DNA of 64,000 nucleotides from an uncultured Candidatus Saccharibacteria bacterium (GTDB lineage Bacteria; Patescibacteriota; Minisyncoccia; Phycocordibacterales; PCTT01): NCBI GenBank assembly GCA_964566505.1, contig CAZMIM010000001.1, positions 132,581 to 196,580 of the forward strand, read 5' to 3'. Shown piece by piece: positions 58,029 to 64,000 of this stretch (position 1 is its first letter; each line of letters starts with the position of its first letter). The notes under the pieces were generated by a model. It saw only the letters and a program-made list of their open reading frames with translations, ran no database searches and was not told where the DNA came from. The position numbers and the translations under genes were made by a program.

Positions 58029-59060
58029 TTACCTCAAATAACGAGCTTTGTTTATCTTATGCTGATCAAATGTGACTGCATAGTGAAAACGGCCGTCATC
58101 ATCTGATAGATAAAATAGATACTTATTTGGAGTTGGCGTTACCGCAGCTAGAAGTGAGTCGAGCCCTGGGTTTGTGATAGGACCTATCGGAAGCCCTGGG
58201 TATTTGTATGTGTTATATGGTGAGTCTACTTGTAAATCCTCTAGAGTTACCTCATATGTATTTCGTCCAATAATATATGGAAATACTGCGTCTACTTGAA
58301 GCGCCATCCCTATCTCAAGTCGTGACCAGAGAATATCAGAAATCATTCGCTTTGACTCTAGTGTCCGTGCTTCTTCCTCGAGAAGTGACGCCATTATGAC
58401 AATATCCTCAAGCGGTTCCCCGAATGCATCTATCTCCTCTTGTATTTCTGCAACTTTTTCTTCAAAGTGCTCACGCATCACTCTAACAATCTCCTCCTCA
58501 CTCACGTTTGGAAGAAAGAAGTATGTGTCAGGAAATAGATACCCCTCGTATGGAAGTGCAATCTCTACAAAGTGCTCTGCATCAAAACCACCAAACCTTC
58601 TCTCAAGCATAACCGCCATCTCTACAACGCTCGTACCCTCGGGAATAGTGACTGTGGTTGGAGTAAACCCAAAGTCTCCTCTAGAGATAGCACCAGCAAC
58701 ACCAAATACTGTTCGTGGTCGCACAAAGAAATAATCTCCCGCTAACACTCCCGCATTACCCGGGCGAAGTCTTACAAGTGTTTTGAATAGTATTTCTGAC
58801 TTGATAATATTTTCCTCATCAAGCATCTGTGCAATATCACTTACTGTCGCACCTTCTTCTACTGTTACTGTGGTTCCTACTGGAAATGAAAATGGCGCTC
58901 CAAGAAATAGAAGATATACAAGCGAGAGCAGTACTAGCCCACCAATAACAGCGTATGCAGGGTTTTGCCCCGCAAGCCACTTGGTCTTTTTGATATTAAA
59001 TTTGATAACGCGACGAGTCTCTCTAAGACGCTCGTTATTTTCTTGAATAAATAATGACAT
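58029..59060 (-). CDS. mltG: Endolytic murein transglycosylase MltG (YceG-like)
   Basis: N-terminal TM. YceG-like C-terminus YLFYLSDDDGRFHYAVTFDQHKINKARYL. Confidence 0.65.
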   Translation of the reverse strand: MSLFIQENNERLRETRRVIKFNIKKTKWLAGQNPAYAVIGGLVLLSLVYLLFLGAPFSFPVGTTVTVEEGATVSDIAQMLDEENIIKSEILFKTLVRLRPGNAGVLAGDYFFVRPRTVFGVAGAISRGDFGFTPTTVTIPEGTSVVEMAVMLERRFGGFDAEHFVEIALPYEGYLFPDTYFFLPNVSEEEIVRVMREHFEEKVAEIQEEIDAFGEPLEDIVIMASLLEEEARTLESKRMISDILWSRLEIGMALQVDAVFPYIIGRNTYEVTLEDLQVDSPYNTYKYPGLPIGPITNPGLDSLLAAVTPTPNKYLFYLSDDDGRFHYAVTFDQHKINKARYLR

Positions 59061-59066
59061 ATGTTG

Positions 59067-60338
59067 CTATACCGGAAGGTTTGATGGCGGCTCTGTCTTC
59101 TTTGCTTCGATTCGTTTGAGTGTTGGTGTTTGTGCCACACTTCCTGGGAAGTGGAATATTGTTGCAAGCTCTTCTGTATTAAATACAAATGGCTTTTCCT
59201 GATACGGAGGATAAAAGTATGAACGCCTTTGAAATGCATCAAAAAGCGCTTGACGGGTTCTGTTTTGCCTAATACCTCTAAAATCTTGCCAAGGATAACT
59301 AAATGACGTCATCCCGCCTGTTGGCTTTATGGCGTTTAGATTCTCAGATGCAAATGTACGCCATGATGCAATGAGTCCAGTAATGTTTATTGGATTAAAG
59401 TTGTCGCCCTCTGCAAGATAAATACCTCGAATACCCACATCAAAAGCAGGTTTTGTAACACTTCGTTCTATTGCCTTTGCTACATCTCGCTCGCCCTCTG
59501 AAATGGTTGGTGCCACAGGGAAGTCAGAACCTTCGATTTTTTCTGCTTTTGGTGCTTTTGTTTTTGGATCACGACAAAGTATTTCATCCACCTTTGCTTC
59601 TGCGTCTTTTTTCCATTTACTTTTTGCCCCAAAAATAAACTCTTTTATGTTACTCGGCTTTGCGGGTCGCTCTTTATGAAACTGAATCAAAATCTGGTAC
59701 CACACCTGCTCACCCGGCCCTAGAGAACCCAGGAACTCCATCATAGGAGTCATCGGGTCTACTTTAAATTCCTCTTTTGGATCTTTATCAAGACCATAAT
59801 CAATATATGTTTTTATTGGAAATACATCCTCATTTACCAAATCAAACTGACATCCCCAAAGTGAAATATTGTCTGGGTTGTATTGGATAAAGTGCGTATA
59901 GTCGTCTACTTCAAACACCTCTGCATCAGGAAACTGAGAATATACTTGTGATTCAATAAACGCCTTGAAGCCACTTCGTGTCCAAATGATAAAGTGAATC
60001 TCCCCTTCTATAGAAATAATCTCCAGTGAGAACCATGGCCGTATAGAACCATCTATATATCTCTTTATCCAAGTCGCCTCTCCACCTCGCTGGTTTAGAG
60101 CAGAGAGAAAGAGCTCCATGGCAAGTGGTGACTTGAGCTGTTCTTTGGGAAGCTTTATCTCAAGAAGAACATGATCTTGCTTGGCCATAAACTGTGCACG
60201 CCGATAGAGTATCCAAACATGCCAAAATATCATCCCAAGAAAAATAGGAAGTATTACTGGAAGTAGTGTTCCAATCACACGAAGTCCGTCTGCCACCACG
60301 GCAGTACCGTAATACATTATTGTGTCGATTATTATCAT
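59067..60338 (-). CDS. Hypothetical membrane protein
   Basis: 423 aa. Two N-terminal TM helices, large soluble domain, no motif recognised. Confidence 0.4.
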   Translation of the reverse strand: MIIIDTIMYYGTAVVADGLRVIGTLLPVILPIFLGMIFWHVWILYRRAQFMAKQDHVLLEIKLPKEQLKSPLAMELFLSALNQRGGEATWIKRYIDGSIRPWFSLEIISIEGEIHFIIWTRSGFKAFIESQVYSQFPDAEVFEVDDYTHFIQYNPDNISLWGCQFDLVNEDVFPIKTYIDYGLDKDPKEEFKVDPMTPMMEFLGSLGPGEQVWYQILIQFHKERPAKPSNIKEFIFGAKSKWKKDAEAKVDEILCRDPKTKAPKAEKIEGSDFPVAPTISEGERDVAKAIERSVTKPAFDVGIRGIYLAEGDNFNPINITGLIASWRTFASENLNAIKPTGGMTSFSYPWQDFRGIRQNRTRQALFDAFQRRSYFYPPYQEKPFVFNTEELATIFHFPGSVAQTPTLKRIEAKKTEPPSNLPV

Positions 60339-60397
60339 GTACTACCCATGATACAAAAAAACAGCGCCCCCGAGTAGGGGGCGCTGTGGGTACTGTA

Positions 60398-61438
60398 TTA
60401 TTTAAGTGCGTACTTTCCTTCCTTTGTCTTTTTAAATGTGTCGCTGTCTTGAAGGTTTACCAATACCGTGTTTGGCTTTACATATCGCTCCTTGAGTACA
60501 TAATCTACAATCTCATCTCGTGAAAGTGGGCCATGCTTATCAAGAACTTGCTCAATAACGTCCTTTACGATTCCTTCCATGTATCCCCATGACTTAAGTG
60601 CGTAAAGTCCTCGTCCTACAAGTACGAATCGTCCGTCCTTAATGAGCTCGTTGTGGGTAGTTGCTACATGAGCTTGCTTTCCAAATAGCTTTTGGATTTT
60701 CTTTGTTACTTCTGTGAAGTGCATTGGAGACCCGTGTTGTCGAATCACAAGGTATGCATAGTCTCGCATTCCCTTTACTCGTACATTTGGTGAGTCTGCC
60801 TTTCCCCATTCACCTAGTGGGTTCTTATCAATATTCTTTGAAAGTGCTAGCCATCGCTTGAGCACATTTGCGTCATATGAATGCTCTCCAAACTCTTCTG
60901 CAAAAAGTTTTTCAAATGAAGATACAATCTCTTCCTCTGATACAAGGTCATCGTCTGTAAACATGTCATGAAGCTTCTTGAGTGCGTTGTGAACATATCC
61001 AGATACACCCTTGTCTACATTCCATCGGTGCTTGAAGTTTTTGTCTTCTTTTTCTTTATTAAAATCTTCACCAAGAACAAGTAGTAGATGAATGTGGTTC
61101 TTGATATTTTTCTTTGAACTCTTTCCTGAAAGATAATCTAGGAGTTCGTCTTCAGATACAATAAATCCAAGTTCTGCGATTTTCTCTTTTAGCTCTGCGA
61201 AAACATCTGCATTTTCTTGCATAGCATCAGACTGTCGAATCTTATTCAGTGCATGATTTTCAATCTGTCGTACACGCTCTCGTGTAATACCATAAATGCC
61301 CCCAATTGCTTCTAGGGTCATTGTGTTTCCGTCTTCTCCCAATCCATATCGACGTACGATAACATCTTGGGCACGCTCAGGAAGCTCTTTAATAAGCTGT
61401 TTTGTTACCTGATGTGGTTTAAAGCTAAATGAACTCAT
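60398..61438 (-). CDS. Sigma-70 region-4 domain protein with long C-terminal extension (atypical sigma-like factor)
   Basis: N-terminal LEAIGGIYGITRERVRQIENHALNKIR is a region 4.2 HTH. No regions 1.2 to 3 recognisable. Confidence 0.5.
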   Translation of the reverse strand: MSSFSFKPHQVTKQLIKELPERAQDVIVRRYGLGEDGNTMTLEAIGGIYGITRERVRQIENHALNKIRQSDAMQENADVFAELKEKIAELGFIVSEDELLDYLSGKSSKKNIKNHIHLLLVLGEDFNKEKEDKNFKHRWNVDKGVSGYVHNALKKLHDMFTDDDLVSEEEIVSSFEKLFAEEFGEHSYDANVLKRWLALSKNIDKNPLGEWGKADSPNVRVKGMRDYAYLVIRQHGSPMHFTEVTKKIQKLFGKQAHVATTHNELIKDGRFVLVGRGLYALKSWGYMEGIVKDVIEQVLDKHGPLSRDEIVDYVLKERYVKPNTVLVNLQDSDTFKKTKEGKYALK

Positions 61439-61605
61439 AATGTTTATTTGATTTATTGTATATGCGAACTGTGTCGCGTGAGGTACTAAAATACCATCGA
61501 TAGACTTTTTGTCAAGGGTCTTGTCAACAAGCCCTAGACAAAGAGTGATATCGTTGTATAAGAAGTCGTGTGGTTATAATACAGACTCACAACTTCTAAG
61601 TCAAG

Positions 61606-63963
61606 CTATCCTACAACAATGTTAATGATCTTCCCTGGAACATACACAAACCTCTTCTCAGTTTGCCCTTCCATCCACTCTCCTACCTTTTTTCTAGCCA
61701 TCACAAGAGCCCTAACTTCATCCTCAGAAGCATCAGGAGAGAGTTCTATTTCATCGCGCACCTTTCCATTTATTTGAATACCTATCGTCACGCTGTTAGG
61801 TCGTGCTTTTTCTTCATCAAATAGTGGCCATTTTTCTTTGTGTATAGAACCTGTGTTTCCATGTTTGTGCCAAAGCTCTTCTGTAACATGTGGTGCGAAT
61901 GGAGAAAGAATCTGCAAGAAGAGCATGAAAGACTCTTTTGTAATACTCATATCAGACTCTACTTTATTTGCAAAAATCATCATATTACTGATTGCTGTGT
62001 TGAATTTCATATCAGCAATATGGCCGGTAACTGTCTTTATTGTTTGATGAAGTAGCTGTTCTTGAGAATCATTTTCATATCCATCAGTAACATAATCTGA
62101 CATACGCCATACTTTCTCTATAAATCTTCGAACACCTATAATATTTTCTGTGCTCCAAGAAATAGAATCTTTGAATGGACCCATAAACATCTCATAGAGC
62201 CTCAAAGAATCAGAACCATAGCGCTCTATAATGTCATCTGGGTTTACTACATTTCCAAAAGACTTAGACATCTTTCGCCCATCTTCTGCAATAATAAGCC
62301 CTTGGTGTCGAAGCTTTATAAAGGGCTCGTCAAAATACAGGTGACCCATATCCCGAAGTGCTTTTGTGATAAACCGCGCATAAAGAAGATGAAGAACTGA
62401 GTGCTCTGCACCGCCAACATATATATCTACAGGCAACCATTTTGAAACCGCATCCTCTTTCGCAAACACATCATTGTTTTGTGGATCAGCAAATCTTAGG
62501 TAATACCAAGACGAACATACAAATGTATCCATTGTGTCTGACTCTCTTCGTGCATCTCCACCACATGATGGACATTTAATATTGTGAAACTCTTTTGAAT
62601 CTGCTAGTGGCGACTCTCCTGTCGGCATAAAGTCCACATCCACAGGAAGCTTCACTGGCAAGTCTTTTGTGGGTACTGGAACCTCGCCACACTCATCACA
62701 ATAAATGATGGGAATAGGTGCTCCCCAATATCTTTGTCGTGATACAAGCCAGTCTCTAAGTCGGTATGTTGTTTTTGGTGTTCCGTTTACTGATTTAGTA
62801 ATAGCTTGTTTTGCCACAACACTTTTCATCCCTGTGTGTTCTCCTGAATTTACAAGTACTCCTTCTTCCGTAACCACCTCTACTATTGGCAAGTCGAACT
62901 GCTCTGCAAACTCTTTGTCTCTCTCGTCATGCGCCGGCACCGCCATAATCGCTCCTGTTCCATATGAAGAAAGAACATAGTCAGCAACAAACACAGGAAC
63001 CTCTTCGTCATTTATTGGATTCACCGCAGTTACACCAAGAAGCTTTATTCCTGTCTTTTCTTTTCCTGCAGATATTCTGTCGAGCTCTGTTTTCTTTTTT
63101 GCTTCCTCAATATAGTTCTCTACATGCCCCCAGTTTGTAATGTCTTCTTTTAAGACTTCTAGTAGTGGGTGCTCTGGAGCTATTACCACATATGTTGCTC
63201 CGTATAGAGTATCCGGTCGTGTAGTAAACACAGTTAGCTTTGTATTTGTAGGAGTGAGTGTAAAGTCGAGCTCTGCACCTACACTTTTACCAATCCAGTT
63301 TGTTTGGAGGGCCTTTGTGCTATCTGGCCAATCTACAGTATCAAGTCCATCAATAAGCTCATCTGCATACTCGGTGATTTTGAAAAACCACTGAGGCATC
63401 TTTTTCTGTATTACTTGGTTTTTACACCTCTCACAAGAGTTGTCGCCCATTACCTGCTCATTGGCAAGTACTGTTTTACAATCTTCACAATAATTTACAT
63501 TTGCATCCTTTTTGTACGCAAGACCTTTTTTATATAACTCCAAGAAAAGCCACTGCGTCCATTTGCAGTACTCGGGCGATGATGTGGTTATCTCTTTTCC
63601 CCAATCATATGAAAGTGAAAGTCCTTTGATTTGAGATTTGAAATTCTCAATTGATTTCTCTGTGGTTTCGCTTGGATGAATTTGGGTCTTTATAGCGTAG
63701 TTTTCTGCTGGCAGACCAAATGAGTCCCACCCCATTGGGTGTAATACTGCATTCCCATTCATTCGATAAAAGCGAGAGAGTATATCTGTAGCTATATATC
63801 CCTTTGGATGACCAACATGAAGCCCAGCGCCAGATGGGTAAGGAAACATGTCGAGGATATACATTCTTTGGGTATTGTCCTCGTCAGTTTTGTATATATT
63901 TTCCTCCTCCCAATGTTTCTGCCACTTTTCTTCTATCTTTTTGTGATCGTAATCACTGTGCAT
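61606..63963 (-). CDS. leuS: Leucyl-tRNA synthetase
   Basis: HMGHPKGY-type HIGH region (HVGHPKGY), KMSKS, editing-domain features. 785 aa. Confidence 0.9.
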   Translation of the reverse strand: MHSDYDHKKIEEKWQKHWEEENIYKTDEDNTQRMYILDMFPYPSGAGLHVGHPKGYIATDILSRFYRMNGNAVLHPMGWDSFGLPAENYAIKTQIHPSETTEKSIENFKSQIKGLSLSYDWGKEITTSSPEYCKWTQWLFLELYKKGLAYKKDANVNYCEDCKTVLANEQVMGDNSCERCKNQVIQKKMPQWFFKITEYADELIDGLDTVDWPDSTKALQTNWIGKSVGAELDFTLTPTNTKLTVFTTRPDTLYGATYVVIAPEHPLLEVLKEDITNWGHVENYIEEAKKKTELDRISAGKEKTGIKLLGVTAVNPINDEEVPVFVADYVLSSYGTGAIMAVPAHDERDKEFAEQFDLPIVEVVTEEGVLVNSGEHTGMKSVVAKQAITKSVNGTPKTTYRLRDWLVSRQRYWGAPIPIIYCDECGEVPVPTKDLPVKLPVDVDFMPTGESPLADSKEFHNIKCPSCGGDARRESDTMDTFVCSSWYYLRFADPQNNDVFAKEDAVSKWLPVDIYVGGAEHSVLHLLYARFITKALRDMGHLYFDEPFIKLRHQGLIIAEDGRKMSKSFGNVVNPDDIIERYGSDSLRLYEMFMGPFKDSISWSTENIIGVRRFIEKVWRMSDYVTDGYENDSQEQLLHQTIKTVTGHIADMKFNTAISNMMIFANKVESDMSITKESFMLFLQILSPFAPHVTEELWHKHGNTGSIHKEKWPLFDEEKARPNSVTIGIQINGKVRDEIELSPDASEDEVRALVMARKKVGEWMEGQTEKRFVYVPGKIINIVVG

Positions 63964-64000
63964 TAGTTATCTTTTTTGAGTCCAATCCAAATAAGTGCAG

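Noticed and set aside
1-64000. CRISPR arrays or rRNA genes
   Set aside because: No series of short direct repeats with uniform spacers and no rRNA-like conserved stretches were seen anywhere in the window.

Overview
This 64 kb window is a mosaic of four blocks. Domain calls rest on motifs read by eye in the supplied translations and on my own reverse-complement reading of the sequence; no database searches were run. (1) 1-7.1 kb: a minus-strand class II lanthipeptide cluster. It holds a LanM synthetase that runs off the left edge, two adjacent Cys/Ser/Thr-rich precursor peptides with double-glycine leaders, a C39-peptidase/ABC exporter (LanT type), a small single-pass membrane protein, and a large FtsX/MacB-like permease with no ATPase partner in the window. 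(2) 7.2-8.4 kb: a decayed stretch that looks like an IS3-family transposase remnant, then a 3' half of tRNA-Gln followed by a terminator. (3) 8.5-20.9 kb: an integrative, probably mobilizable element, GC-richer by eye. It carries a tyrosine integrase, cargo genes (hotdog thioesterase, XRE/cupin regulator, orphan TRAP solute-binding protein, membrane proteins), a VirD4/TraG-like coupling protein, a MobC-like protein, a short MobA-like relaxase, a RadC-like JAB protein and a P-loop ATPase. It ends at a second tRNA 3' fragment plus terminator. (4) 21-36.2 kb: a block with the look of a defense island. It holds a Panacea/SocA-like gene with a small membrane-protein partner, a convergent pair resembling the sce7726/sce7725 families, an IS3 OrfA remnant, an HTH-HD(dGTPase-like)-small-ORF operon, a secreted NucA-like nuclease, an uncharacterised soluble plus membrane two-gene module, two tandem lipase-like alpha/beta hydrolases and a Shedu (DUF4263)-like protein. 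At about 36.25 kb, right after a perfect bidirectional terminator, composition switches abruptly to AT-rich DNA of Patescibacteria/CPR-like character: cation:proton antiporter, miaA, two tiny SD-driven overlapping membrane-peptide genes, tRNA-Trp, rpmG, tRNA-Tyr, clpB, a class V cysteine desulfurase, a short infB, rbfA, a tRNA cluster Cys-Leu(TAA)-[degenerate tRNA-Leu 3' copy]-Lys-Leu(TAG), six tandem paralogous small two-TM pilin-like (TrbC/VirB2-like) genes, a solute-binding protein, a SAM methyltransferase, gyrA, an MBL-fold protein, mltG, a sigma-70 region-4 protein and leuS. No CRISPR array and no rRNA were seen.
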